A stretch of 64,000 nt of DNA from Azolla caroliniana (lineage: Eukaryota; Plantae; Polypodiophyta): contig JBHGNT010000001.1 of NCBI GenBank assembly GCA_043228905.1, positions 25,730,001 to 25,794,000 on the forward strand, read 5' to 3'. The stretch's first letter is position 1; each line of letters begins with the position of its first letter. Made by a program: the position numbers and the translations under genes. This document shows positions 39,573 through 52,601 of this stretch, piece after piece. Under the pieces are notes generated by a model. That model did no database searches. It saw only the letters and a program-made list of their open reading frames with translations, and was not told the origin of the DNA.

Positions 39573-42500
39573 TCAAAAAACATCAGGATGGAAACGCCCA
39601 GGAATAGATGATCCTTCTTGAGCTTTTCGAAGATGCAAATTCAGAGCATAGTTGTTCATCTGACAACAAGGGAACAGAAGTTATCAAAGGGAAGTCCTCA
39701 TCAACAATAAACTCTTTATTAGCATCATAAGAATAAACCAAAGAAAATGGGTTAGCATCATCTTACTTCCAAATTCCGGATCTGCTCTTGATACTGAGCC
39801 ATTAATTGCTTGAGTTGCTGCAATTCTTGTGAGGAGTTATCATGTTCAACCTGCCGCTCATGTTGAATAGCAACCGCCCGTTTTAGAATGTGATTGTCGC
39901 GAAGCAAGCACTGCAGTTGCTCTTTCAGCAAAGTATTCTCCTGCAATATAACCCCTTTGCAAGTCAAAAGAGAGTATTTCAAAGAGAACAATGTTGTGGT
40001 TGTGCCTCCGCAAATTTTGCAACAATATTGAATGCATAATTGTCGCCTCATTCACCTACCTTTGAGAAGATTATTTGTATATGTATATGGTCAAAAAAAT
40101 GTGACTGTGCCCTAAGCAAATTTGCCAACAATATTGAATGCACAATTATTAGCATACCTTCTGCAAATCTTCAAATAATGAGCCACTTCTAGACAGGGTA
40201 GCTTTCTCAAATGCCTCTAAAGCCCGTGCTGCACGTTCCTTAGCATCATCAAGATTTGAGGCACTGAGCATTTCTTGTACAAATAGTTCAACCCACTTTG
40301 TGCCTTCTACTAATGAGGGAGCTTCTTGGTTTGTACCATCCATGGAAGATTCAGCACCCACTGGCTGGGATCCAATTTCTATAATTAATTTCCATATAAA
40401 AAAGAATCAGGTCTGTCTTTTAAAACTTTGTCAGAAGGATTTGTCCATCAGAATATTAGAATGCCATATATCATACCTTCTAAAACTTTGTCAGAAGCAT
40501 TTGTATGGTTGGGTAAGTGGGAAGAGTCCTCTCCATCACAGTTGAGTTGGAGTTCATTGAGCCTCTTAATAGCAAAGTCCAGGTTATCTCCACTTTCCGC
40601 CAAAACTCTTCCAATCAACTGGAAATGGAATACAAATAATTCAATCTAAAGATGTGTGTGTGCTGCAAAGAAAATACAGAAAATACGGCTTCATATGCTA
40701 AATGGACTAGGGACTTTGATATAGCCCAGAGGCAGCCTCCACAAAAAAATCAACATCATATTCACAAAACAATAAGATAAGGCATACTCTTCAGGACTTT
40801 GACATGATATATAAGAAGAATGTGCACCAACCTCTATTATTTGAAGAATGCGGTGTTCGTCACTGGGTACAACAGTCGGATAATCAATTAAGTGTGGAAG
40901 CAACCAAATGAAGGTGCATGTATATACAATGACAAACAAAGATAGATTGAAGAAATGGAGCTTTTACCAAATAAATTAGCTATCCCCTATCTGTAGATTA
41001 TGGTACAAGTTTACTGTCTCAAGGTTGCAGTCACAGTAAAATATGGTGCAATTGTTTTAGATCGGATTATACACGAAGAGACATCTCATAAAACCAAATA
41101 GGAGACAGATTTTGTAAACGAAGAGACTTATAAACGAAATTAGCCATGACACAGGTGTGATCCTACATGGTGAATGTACAAATTGCATTATTCACACATT
41201 GAGAATCTATTGCATTTGCATTGTATGGTGATGCCATACAATTAAGAGTGGTTTATAAAACCAAACAATCATTTTGTTTCTCGTCGTAGAAAGCTTGCCT
41301 GAGTTGCGTTGAATTTCATATATTGGCTGCTTCTGTCCTTCCAAACCACTACACGCATTCTTATTTTGCATTTGACAAGCTATCTGAAGGAGCCTCAAAA
41401 TAAGGATCTCTTTTTACCCAAAGAATAGTTCGTGAAGAGCTCATCTTTGAGACTATTTTTTGCCTTTCTTTGCAACTCCCTTTCATTGATAACTTGAGGT
41501 CTATAGCTCAGCCATGGCCAGGTGCCATTCTCTAGCAGTGACAGTGAGGCTTAGGTCAACTGTGATCTATTTTTATTTTTTTGTCTTTTCTGCCCAAACA
41601 TCCTTTCATCAATAACTTGAGGCCTACAGCTCAGGCATGGTTCGAGAACCAAAACCCCAGCAGTAACGGTGGGGCTCAGGTCAATTGTATGATCTATTTG
41701 TTTGCCTTTTTTGCCCAAACTTCCTTCATCAATAACTTGAGGCCTACAGCTCAGGCTTGGTTTGGAAGCCAAGCGCTAGCAGTACAGTGTGGCTTAAGAC
41801 AAGTGTATGAAAAGTTGTGATAGACTGTGAAACCATTATAACACAGGGAAAAAGATGTCATAGGGACAGAGGTTTAATCAAATTGTTACACCTGAAGGAT
41901 ATGATATTGGTAAATACAGGACCGAATGGTTGAAATTATAGCCTCAATCTTATTGGAAAACTAGCTTTAGGCTTTCTTGACAAACAAATATGGACAATAC
42001 GACAGAATTTGCTTGCTTGCTTGTTTGATTGATTGTAAGGAACCAGTAAGGTCGTAGATGAGCCTGCTGGTTCATCAGTTCAATGACGATAATTAACACT
42101 ACTTATTGATTATGGCCACGTCAGATGACCAATAGGGAGTTGGTAGCAGAAACCAGATAATTACAGCACAACCCCAAAAGAAAAGAAAAGACGGGAATTG
42201 ACATGACCACAGTCATTCAACCTCCTCATGCTATCTGTGTGGATGAACCTCATATCCTTCTACTGGCTACCTGAGGACTGGATAAATGCGACTCGCCTTG
42301 ACATTGGTGGTCCAGCTTATGAAGAAGAGACAAACTGTGGCCTTTTCCTGACCTTGTTTCATCTTATTTTTCACTTCTAACATTGTTATTCTATTATTAG
42401 TACAATAGATACTAAACTCGTCAATCTACTTTTTTTCCAGTAAAAAATACAAAGCAAAGTAAAATTTAGAATGGATGTTCCCAAAAAGTTTCAAACCATG

Positions 42501-43320
42501 CTGGAACTCCCACTCCCACTCCTAGTTACTTCCCAAGATGAGAGTTCTGTATGCCCTGTTAATTTTTTATGAACAAATTAATTATTTTGTATTTGAATTA
42601 CTAAATATTTATAGAATTGATTCATAAGTGTTGTTTCAGGAACAAGTATTTTTTTGTTGTTTCTTCTATATGGAAGTTTCCTCGATGTTGCAGATGTGTT
42701 AAACCCAAATCCTGCACATCATGCATATATCTTGCATACACATCATGCATATATATCTTTTTGGATTGATCCATATATAACATCTTACAACCAGATACTG
42801 ATGATGTATTCCCGACTTGGTCTCTTAATTTTCTAGTTTTCTAATGTATTTAATGGCTTTATATCTCATATTAATATGAGCCTTGAAACCTTTATGAAGT
42901 GATTAAACCATAACTATCTTCTATCAAGAAAACAGTTTACATATTTATCAACATGAAGAGAAGTAACTAATATGATCTAAAGAAAAGCATAACCCACAAG
43001 AAGAAGAAAAAAGTATCCATATATCTACATCAGAAAAGAATGCCTCAAGAAATATCTAAAAATAAAAAATGCATTAAAACCTAAAGCCAAAAGCCAAAAT
43101 GGAAAACTTAAAAGACAAAAAAGCAGAAAAATACTTGTTCATCCATGTCAGGAAAGAGAGCTTTCAGCTGAAGAAATGGATCGATGACAGAGGTATCAAT
43201 CCGCAGGGCTGGGAGACGGGAAGGAGAGCCCCCCCCTCCTCCGTTGCACCGCAACCTCTTCTGGGTGGGAGGGTGGGTTTCTTCGAAGAGGGAGCGCTTG
43301 CCACAGACAATAGCCGACAT
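39573..43320 (-). CDS. Plant CUE (ubiquitin-binding) domain / coiled-coil protein, 5 coding exons, 269 aa
   Basis: GT-AG exons 43135-43320, 40477-40618, 40158-40378, 39767-39940, 39573-39659 sum to 810 nt in frame; MSAIVCGKRSLFE, LKALFPDMD..DNLDFAI, WVELFVQEM, ILKRAVAIQHERQ, NNYAL..HL..PGRFHPDVF. Confidence 0.9.
41452..41800. repeat. Three diverged ~120-127-bp tandem units in CUE-gene intron
   Basis: ATAACTTGAGG(T/C)CTA(T/C)AGCTCAG core at ~41489, 41612, 41732. Confidence 0.85.
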
Positions 43321-43524
43321 GGCAACACACGGCAAAGAGTTCAATGCCTCTGTTGTGTATCAGATACACCTCAATCTAAGATTTCTCTGTTATTCCTTTC
43401 TTCTTCTGATCAGAAACAAAAATCAATTGAATCTTTCTCTCCTCTTGATTCCTGCAACAACAACATCATCAAGAACACATTTTCTGAAAAAACGAAATAG
43501 GATTCTTCTAGTATATGGCAGATA

Positions 43525-43683
43525 GCAATCAGCAACTGTTCAGTATGCGCCAAACCAAACCACAAAAACCACAGCCTAATGGCTTAACTGATTAACAGTT
43601 TGGTTCAGTTTAGGTTTACGAATTTGCAAACGGTTCCGTCAGGTTTTCCTTTGGCTTGGGTGTTCAAAGATTTAGTTCAAGTC
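43525..43683. mobile_element. Left arm of a decayed hAT-like MITE related to 47884-48347
   Basis: GCAATCAGCAACTGTTCAG..., GGCTTAAC and GTTCAGTTTAGGTTT resemble 47884-47990. Confidence 0.5.
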
Positions 43684-44474
43684 TTTATCAGCTTAACAGT
43701 TTGAGGTTTAAACAGCTTCGTTGCAGATTTAATGGATTAATGGTTTAGGCTTAGGACATTTTTCAAATACTATTAAATATAAATTAATTTTATAAAGTTA
43801 AGAGCTATAGCCAATTACCATCATAAGTTATAACATTTATCAGCTTAACAGTTTGAGGTCTTTATCAGCTTCGTTGCAGATTTAATGGATTAATGGTTTA
43901 GGCTTAGGACATTTTTCAAATACTATTAAATATAAATTAATTTTATAAAGTTAAGAGCTATAGCCAATTACCATCATAAGTTATAACATTTATCAGCTTA
44001 ACAGTTTGAGGTCTTTATCAGCTTCGTTGCAGATTTAATGGATTAATGGTTTAGGCTTAGGACATTTTTCAAATACTATTAAATATAAATTAATTTTATA
44101 AAGTTAAGAGCTATAGCCATTACCATCATAAGTTATAACATTTATCAGCTTAACAGTTTGAGGTCTTTATCAGCTTCGTTGCAGATTTAATGGATTAATG
44201 GTTTAGGCTTAGGACATTTTTCAAATACTATTAAATATAAATTAATTTTATAAAGTTAAGAGCTATAGCCAATTACCATCATAAGTTATAACATTTATCA
44301 GCTTAACAGTTTGAGGTCTTTATCAGCTTAACAGTTTGAGGTCTTTATCAGCTTCGTTGCAGATTTAATGGATTAATGGTTTAGGCTTAGGACATTTTTC
44401 AAATACTATTAAATATAAATTAATTTTATAAAGTTAAGAGCTATAGCCAATTACCATCATAAGTTATAACATTT
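43684..44474. repeat. Tandem array, 5 x 152-153 bp
   Basis: Units start at 43684, 43836, 43989, 44141, 44294; nearly identical; last unit has an extra 25-bp internal duplication. Confidence 0.95.
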
Positions 44475-45779
44475 GAAATCCAATATTTTCTTTTTTCCCT
44501 CAATTTATATGCAGGAGACTTTTGGTTAGAAAACTCTTTGTTAAAGAAGTGAGCAGATGTTAACACAAAATACTAGTTTGCAACAAACTACAAAACTGCA
44601 GCTTAACAGTTTGCTACGTTTTGTTTGGGAAAGATAGGGCAGAACGTAAAAAAATTAAATGATATGCTGGAAGATTTAGGCCAGAAATAGAAGCCAGAAG
44701 TCTGTTACCATTGTATGATAGGAGAAGCTAGTGGCAGAGACCTGAAAAGAATGAAGTAAGAGGTCCTTTGCACCTTAAATAAAACCTACTCCTGAGTGGG
44801 AAGTTAATCATATCCCTCCCCTTGCTCTAACATAAACTTAGATTGAAGTGACTTGAACAATTTGTGGATCTCTATCCCTTACAGCAGAAAATAATAATGA
44901 TTTTGATGATCAAGATCTGAATATTTAACCCATGAATTGAGCTGTTTACTGCACTTCATGCCCTAAGTTGTCATAAACGTAGATCAAAGGAGTTGTAGGG
45001 GGGTCCTGGAACAAAACAAAAACAAAGAAGAAGGAAAGGAAGTGAAGAAGCTTGCCAATTCTTCAGAAGGGAAGGAAGAAAATGATAATAGTGCAGAATA
45101 GGCAGGGATAAAACAATATTAACAGGGAAAGAATCCACAATGGTGGCATGCTTCGCCGAACCTCAGGGCACCAGAACATATACATTCAAAAAAGAGGAAT
45201 CAAAGGAAAACATATGGCAGAGATGAAAAGAATGGCGTGAGACCAATGGCAGGAACGGGAAGACTGCAGTGAGATATGTGGCCGAAACGAAACGAAACGA
45301 AACGAATTTAGGCATATCGCAGAGAAACGTAAGAACTAAGAGAACAGTTTTGAACATCAGGCCAATGATGTTGGGGGTGAAAGCAACATCGGACCATGTT
45401 GAAAAAGATTAAAAGACTCAGAAGAGACAAAGAAACCCTAAAAACAAAATTCGAAAGGGACGCACGTCGATTCCGGGAACAGCTAAAACCTAGAAATTGA
45501 AGCCAAAAGAAGAAGTAATGACGAGAAGGAGAAGAATCGAGGAAGAAAGGAAAAAAACTCAAAACTATAATTGCGATCCGAAGAAGAAGAAGAGATGGAG
45601 AGAAAAGAAAACCCCGAAAACGTAATGGCGAGCACAAGAAGAACTCAGACGGAAGGTAAGGGAGGGGAGCTATGGAGATCTACGCAGAGAGAAACGGGAC
45701 AAACAGAATACAGAAAATGGAAAAATAAATAAATAAAATTTAACTAAAACAGAAGAAAAAGGGGGTAAGATGAGCATAC

Positions 45780-45900
45780 CTGTAAAGAGTGGTCGACTGA
45801 GAGCTATGGCGCCAGAGAGGGAGAGAGAGAAGAAGAAGAAGAAGAAGAAGAAGAAGAGGGACAGAACGAGCGCGTTCTGAAAGAAGAAGAAGGACAGAGG
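45780..45900 (-). other. Putative non-coding first exon of the CUE gene
   Basis: CT/CTT-rich leader ending in donor TACAG|GTATGC (intron starts 45779); candidate acceptor TTTTTTCAG at 43484-43485. Confidence 0.45.
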
Positions 45901-45938
45901 AAGATCGATCCAACAAATGGAATGGCCGGCCGACTGGA

Positions 45939-46082
45939 CATCATGCATCATATGGATTATCATGCATCATGCCTCCATCATGCATCATATGGATGATCAT
46001 GCATCATCATCCATCATGCATCGTGTGGATCGCCATGCATTATCCATCATCCGGATCACCATCATCCGGATCATCATGTATC
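45939..46082. promoter_or_regulatory. Degenerate CATCATGCAT repeat with six RY (CATGCA) motifs
   Basis: CATGCA at 45942, 45961, 45979, 45998, 46015, 46034. Confidence 0.5.
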
Positions 46083-47739
46083 GGTCGAGAAGTCGGCTCC
46101 TTGTGTCGTCGGTCGGTCGAGGCATCGGACTCCGAGTCTAAACCACTTGCCCGCCCAACCATTGACCACACATGCTCATCGAATTTGCCCTCGCCACCTT
46201 CCCACCAACTGCCCGTCCACCCTTTTGTTTCGACCTTGTATCCCTCTAACGGCCACGATTGGTATTATTATACACATGGGGTTGAGTCGAAAAACATATG
46301 CAATACCTCCAGCCTACCCCACCCCCCCACCATCCAATCGGTGTCCACCCCCCTTGCTTTGATCATTAGCAGGTAGAATAGTATGGTTTGATTGAAGATG
46401 GTTATTGAATGTCAATATGACCATTATCATCACCATTTGGGTGCTCTTTTGTTAAGGTGATATTCAATAAACCAGTGGCACATGCTTGTGCCTGATTCCA
46501 ATATTTGGGGGCCCTAAAAGAAACCCATAACATGTGCGAGTCCTAGATCCAAAGATCCTGTTATAAATTATCTACAATCCCTATTTTTAAAGCCAATTGT
46601 AAATCGCTAGCCCCAAAAGGAAACCTTGGAAAAGAGGTGTGTTGATTTGTCGTCGAGTTTTCCAAGGAGAAATTTATATTATATAGCCTTTTGGTTTGAC
46701 AACCCAATCTATTTAGTGTGTTCACATCGTCTCCATTTCATTGAATCAAATTACTCGTGTTCGATTTTTGCAAAATGTATGTTGACATATTCATATTTAC
46801 TGCACACTTCTTTGTTGTGACTTATACCTTATTACTAATCTTTTCCCATGTCCCAACTCTAAACGTAAACCCTACTACTATGGTGCATAACTCTTAGCAT
46901 TTAAGCTTCAATTCAATATCATTTAAATGATCTACTTCTTACTTTTTCCTCAAATGATCACTTTCCACCAGGATTGGGAGTTATAATCAAATTTGGTTTT
47001 TTCCTCCCATCGTATGCCACATCATGACAATGTTGGATCACCTTTGTCCTCATGCGTTGATCTAGGAATAGGGTGCATCACTCCCCAATGACAAAGACGA
47101 AACATACATCAACACCTATTGACGCTTGCATCTTGACACTATGCAACCTTGGAAACCTTAAAGGCTTCTTAAGTTAAAGTAACATTGACACACACCAAAA
47201 CACTATGGTAATTAGAAAAACATGTTTGTACAACTCAAATAGATAATTAATGGATAAAAATCATACGAGTTGTCTAAATTAAATATATAAAGTATAAGTA
47301 GAAAACGAGTATATACTAGATTAGTTGGTGCATAAATGACCACATGGATGGAGACTATTGTTAATAAATGCTAATGGAAGAGATTGATGACCACAAGGTG
47401 ACCCGGAAGTTGGAGCATCCAAAGTTATGTTTTTCACAAAGAGTATGGAGGGACAAGGAGGTCTTTAGTACTAAATAGGTGGATCAATAATATGGAAGGC
47501 TATTTGGAGAAGTATCAAGTGAAGCCATGCGTGTGGGTGGACATAACATATGGGTTTCTTGAGGATGACATCGAGGACTGGTACCGTGCAAAAAGGCAAA
47601 GAATGCCCTATTGGAGATTGAGGCCATCAGTGCGGAAACAAGAACAAAGTTATGTAATGAAGAACAACAAGTGATGACAAAAGTAAACTATGATGAATTG
47701 ATCAAGAAAGACAACTTAGCAAATATCAAGATCAAAGAG

Positions 47740-48448
47740 ATAGAATGTGTGTGAGAGAGAAAGAGAGAGACATAGAGGCACACAATGTAACTGCTTATTT
47801 CAAAACATTACAATACAAGAATGACACTATCAAATCCCATGAACTAGGTTACAAAGCTAGTTATATACTAATTGGGCTAGGGCTAACAATCGGCAATAGT
47901 TCGGTTTGAACTGAATCAATCAAACCTCGAAACCGCGGCTTAACGGTTTCAACGGTTTAGTTCAGGTTTAGGTTTATTAAAACGGTTCGGTTTCACCAAT
48001 TAGAAACCGTGGTTTAAACAGTTTAACAGTTTTTTATTTTGTATTTTTTAAAAATTAAAAAAAAATTGTTTTTAAACAATCTTTTCATTTTTAAACCTTA
48101 TTCTCACATTTTAGGAACATCTTTAAAATTTTAAAAATTTCAAACAATGAAATATTATAAATTTAAAATTTTAAAATTGACCTAAGTTGAAAACCGAAAC
48201 CAAACCACAAAACCGCGGTTTTAACGGTTTGAAAAATGTTTAACGGTTTCATCATTCGGTTCAGGTTTCAAAATTTTTAAACAGTTTGATTCCAAACCGA
48301 TTCGGTTTTGACCCTCTCAAACCAAACCGAACCGTTGCTGATTGTTAGTTAGGGCAACGACCCTTTGACATATTTACATAATATCCTAAGCCTAGTCTAT
48401 CCAAAGTGGGACAATGTGAATACGGCCATCATAAACCTGTATTCGACA
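47740..48448. repeat. LTR remnant related to 51643-51930
   Basis: TTATATACT..TAGGGCAAC..TATTTACATAA..TGTGAATAC..TTCGACA parallels 51813-51930; left boundary approximate. Confidence 0.6.
47884..48347. mobile_element. hAT-like MITE
   Basis: ~25-bp imperfect TIRs TAACAATCGGCAATAGTTCGGTTTG / CAAACCGAACCGTTGCTGATTGTTA, many subterminal AACCG/CGGTT motifs, 8-bp TSD GCTAGGGC/GTTAGGGC. Confidence 0.8.
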
Positions 48449-49845
48449 TGCCATATGATGGTTAGAGAGATTTCAAACTACAAGTGCAAAAAAAGTTCAT
48501 CCTGATGGATGAAATTTTGAAGTTAGAGAATGAAAGCAAGGGTTTACCCCTAGAGTTTGGGAACTCAAGAGATAAATTTCTAAGTATAAGATATTAATGG
48601 TCCAATTATCTAATATGAACCATTTTGTCAGGTTACACGAGTTTCTTGACGGTTCGTGGCCTTCCATGATGAAGGAGATTAAGAAATGGGGACATGCAAC
48701 TTGGAAGGAAACGATTTGAATCACAGAACGAGTGGGTGATTAGGAGGTTGCCCAAAACGAAAAGACCATATGCAAGAAAGGGATTCCCTCGAGACTCAAG
48801 AACTCAAGTGGAGCTTGAGCAGCAAGAAGAAGAGAAGCCAATTACTGAAGACGAAATAACTTTGATTGATATTGGCTCAACCACAATAGACGAGCCAAGT
48901 TTTAGATGGACGAAATGGTTCAAATGGATGTAGAGTCGAGAGTAATATCAAGATTGAAACTGAGATCGAGATGAAGGAATACCCAACTAAGGAGGTTGAA
49001 CAAGAAGAGATGATGGAAGAAGAACAAGAGCCTAAGACAGAGAAGATTGAGCAAGACACTAAGGTGGAAGAACCCCCAAGGCAAGAAATGAAGATCGAGA
49101 TAAAGGCGGACTCAACCAAGGTGGTTGAGAAAGAAGGACTCCAAAGAACCATGGTGCAAGAGCCCAAGATTGAGGAAGACGTACAAGAGGTGGAGTGCAA
49201 GGGATCACCACCAACCAATGTTGAGCTAAAGATTGAGAGCAGTTCAACAAAGGTAAGCTCGACTTCAGTATGGTTATTTGCAAACAATTGAAGAAGTTTT
49301 TGTATATTGCCTCTGGCCACTTTAATTTTATACCAATGGAGGATATTGTTTCAGGAAAAAAATAGAAAAGAAAAGAAAGGTGAGTTCAACTGAGATGGTG
49401 GAGCTAGAAGTAAAAAAGGAGGAAACCCCTCAAAAGGCTACCACAAGGAATTTTGAGATTGACCAAGGCGAGGAGGTAAAGGAACTCCATCAAGGGGATA
49501 CCAAGAAGATTGAGAGTGACTTGGAGGAGTCGGGGTGGAGATCAAGCCGCATAAGTGCTTGGTACTATATTGGACTCACTGAAGGGCCCAATCCCAAACC
49601 CAATGAAGGCACCACCCTGGGTTGGGACAACCCAATTCCAATGGGTAGTCCCAAGGGACATCCTAATTACTAGTCCCAACGACCATTTTTGGCCCATATA
49701 GGAGGATCCCTCCTCATTTGTAATTCATTCTTTGTTTACCATTTTTCACACGTATCACGTGAAATGTAATATTTTTTGTCTCATAGGTCATACTTTACCT
49801 CCAAAGACGATAATATAATCTATTGATCGATCGATCTATCTATCT

Positions 49846-51642
49846 CAGCAAAGCGAGCAAGCTCAACCAGATCTGGATCGATTGGATAAGCTAGAGCCGA
49901 ATCATATCCGGATCGGTGTCCTGATAGTATCCAGAACCAGGAGCTGAATCGGAGAGCCGAACTCATGTGTGTACCAGTAGGACGTATAAAGGTCTATGCT
50001 TCTAGACTACTAGGCAGTCATGGTCCTTGTAGTTAGTGTCAGTCGCTCATATGAGCATTGAAGTACATAGTACTTCTGTTAGTCCCTTGTGGACTTGTAT
50101 AAAGAGTGCTCACTGAGCACATCCTATGTACTGAGTGTTATTATTTTGAATGGTTTTTATGCTTTCTGCTATCTCTGTCTCTCCTGTGTATTCTTTGTTC
50201 CTAAACTTCCATTAAACCTTTATTCTTTGTTTTCTGTTTTCAGTTGCTATCCGGATAAACCAGTTTGTCAAAGCTTCTGCATATTAACTTTGACATGGTA
50301 TTAGAGCGCAAGAGTTGAGAACCTCCGCAACCGATGAGAGATTACTAAAGACAAACCCTAACACCCGGTAAAGAGCGAAAGATGGACAGAGGCATGGCAA
50401 ACTCGATTCCCACAAAGAAGCTTGACAGACACAACTATGCATCATGGTCATACAAGATGCATCAGTATTTGCTCGGATATGGATATTGGAGTTATGTTGA
50501 GGGTGCGAATGAGATAGGGTTGGAGTCGTCACAAAAGGAGTTTCCAGCATGGGAACAAGGAGGAAGCAGAGTTCTATACTGCCTTGCATCATCTGTGCAT
50601 GACAAGATGATCGACTACATTAGAGATGCTAAGACGCCGAAACAGGCCTGGGAAAATCTGAAAAAGATTTTCGCCGCAAGTACCTCAGCCCGGAAGCTAC
50701 AACTTTGGCAAGAATTGAACAATATCCGACAAAAGGATATGTCAATTTCAGACTACACCGCGAACATAAAGGAGATTTGCGATGCACTAGGGTCCATTGA
50801 CGTCACGATAGACGAGGACGAAATGGTGCAAATCTGGCTTGGTGGTTTGGCTCAAAGGTACGGGCCCATCCGAACCGTTATCCTCACCCAGGAGAAATCA
50901 TTGTCCTTCTTCGACCTGCAATCGATGCTTATGGTCGAAGAAAACCATGTGAGTGGGTCAAGGAACTCAACAGGACAGTCGGATGATGTACATGGAGGCG
51001 GAACAACCTCGTGGGTGTGGAGGACGAGGTGGGTTGGCACGCTATAGTGGGGGCTAGCAAGAGCAGAATTGGAGGCACAGAGATAGTGGCGACTATAGTT
51101 CCGGACCCTCCACAAGCAAGGGGAGTCAAAACAACGCCAAAAACCAACAATCGAAAGCCAATATGGAATGTTGGTACTGTGGCAATAAAGGCCACCGGGA
51201 AAGCGAGTGCTAGAAGAAGCGCGCTGATTCGGATAAATCCGGATCCGGCAAGGCTGAACAAGGGAACTGACAAAGCTCGCACTATGCAGAAGGATCGGAA
51301 GGATCCAGAACTAGGAAGACCGAAAAAGGGCCAACCTTTGTGATGAAGCACAAGGCTTACTCGATGAAGAATATCACTTCCAAATCAGAGGAAGTGTGGT
51401 ATGTTGACTCCGGAGTGTCTAACCACATGACAAGCCACGAAGAGTGGTTCTCATTTCAGGAAAAGTCGGAGCAATCAGGAATTCGCGAAACCGGAGACGA
51501 CACTCCCCACCCAATTGTGCATGTCAAAGAAGTCCCTTTAAGCCATGTTGGAGAAAAGGGAAAGTTGATGAATGTACTACATGTTCCAACAATCACAAAG
51601 AACCTGGTGTCAATCGAGAAGATCGTCAACCAGGGGATGCAA
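49846..51642 (+). mobile_element. Copia family A, copy 1 (LTR, gag, protease; interrupted)
   Basis: LTR ends TTGACA at 50295, PBS TGGTATTAGAGC 50296-50307, gag KLDRHNYASW, WYVDSG; interrupted at 51643. Confidence 0.88.
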
Positions 51643-52325
51643 TGTTGGAGACACGGCATTCTAGTGTGGAACAAATCAACACTCTTCTGAAAGAAGATCA
51701 TAAATAGATACAATCAAGGTAGGTTGATGGCAACAAAAACATAGAACAATGAGCCACTTAGAACGCAAGAGGGAGAGAGAGAGACGTTGGGCACAAGATG
51801 AACTAAAGTCAGCTTATATACTGACTAACTTAGGGCAACTACCCTTCTCACTATTTACATAAATAGCCTAGACCTTGTGTGTACAAAAGGAGACATTGTG
51901 AATACTTCCATTAGAGACCCGCGTTCAACACTCCCCTGTAATGGGCGTATACATCAAAATTCTGTAAATCCAAATAAATGTACAATACATATTGATACAA
52001 AGTTTTCGAATAAATTGAAATTTCGTTCAAGTCGGTGAACTTCGAAAAAACTAAAGGCAGAACTAGCCAAGGTTGGGGAAGCTAAAGCCGAACTTCGAAC
52101 TGTTGAAGTCGATTGTTCGAAAACATCCTAAGTGTTTGACTTAATCGGACTGATTCTTCGTTACGCCCATCTGGTGCTGAAGGGAGTGGAATCAATCCAT
52201 TGAAAGACACTTGGTCATCCCATCTGCGATATTATCGGTTGTAGATATCTTCTTGAGGCCGATTTTCCCTGAAATGACGCAGTCCCGAACAAAGTGATAT
52301 TGAACATCGATGTGCTTCAAAGCGT
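51643..52325 (-). mobile_element. Copia family B 3' end (RNase H C-terminus, PPT, 288-bp LTR 51643-51930)
   Basis: TGTTGG...TTCAACA LTR, adjacent CTCCCC (minus PPT), minus-strand KHIDVQYHFVRDCV...ADGMTK. Confidence 0.85.
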
Positions 52326-52601
52326 TGTCACGGAAATCCGCGAGTACGTGTAGGATCCTAGGCGGGACCACGGGGGTCTTGGACTAGGGAGTAGAGGAGA
52401 AATGGGAGCGTTGCTCAAGAGGAGAGGAGAAAGAACAAGACATTAACATTGAACAAGAAATAGATGGAGGCAAGATACACAAACAAATTATATCAAGAAT
52501 ACGCAAACGATTACAACCATGGCCGCATAGGCCAAACCAAAGACTACAAAAAACCCTAACCGGATAAGTAAAGAAGAAGAGTAAAACCCTAGACAAAACC
52601 C
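52326..52601 (-). repeat. LTR end fragment related to the gag-only element LTR
   Basis: Starts TGTCAC; GGGACCACGGGGGTCTTGGACTAGG resembles GGGAACCACCGGGGTTTTGGACTAGG at 292-317. Confidence 0.6.

Larger units (their letters stand above)
47390..49800 (+). mobile_element. Decayed gag-like LTR element relic (gag, then Glu/Lys-rich region, then PPT)
   Basis: MEGYLEKYQV..WV..FLEDDIEDW gag-like segment, E/K-rich ORFs 48700-49520, purine tract at ~49523-49540; interrupted by an LTR remnant and a MITE. Confidence 0.45.

Noticed and set aside
40010-40500. Short intronic duplications in the CUE gene as alternative exons
   Set aside because: The copies (40011-40043/40118-40150 and ~40421-40437) lack convincing paired splice sites, and the simple model is already in frame
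43684-44474. CRISPR-like array (also 41452-41800)
   Set aside because: Eukaryotic context and no cas genes; the 153-bp units are contiguous without unique spacers, and the intronic units are too long and diverged
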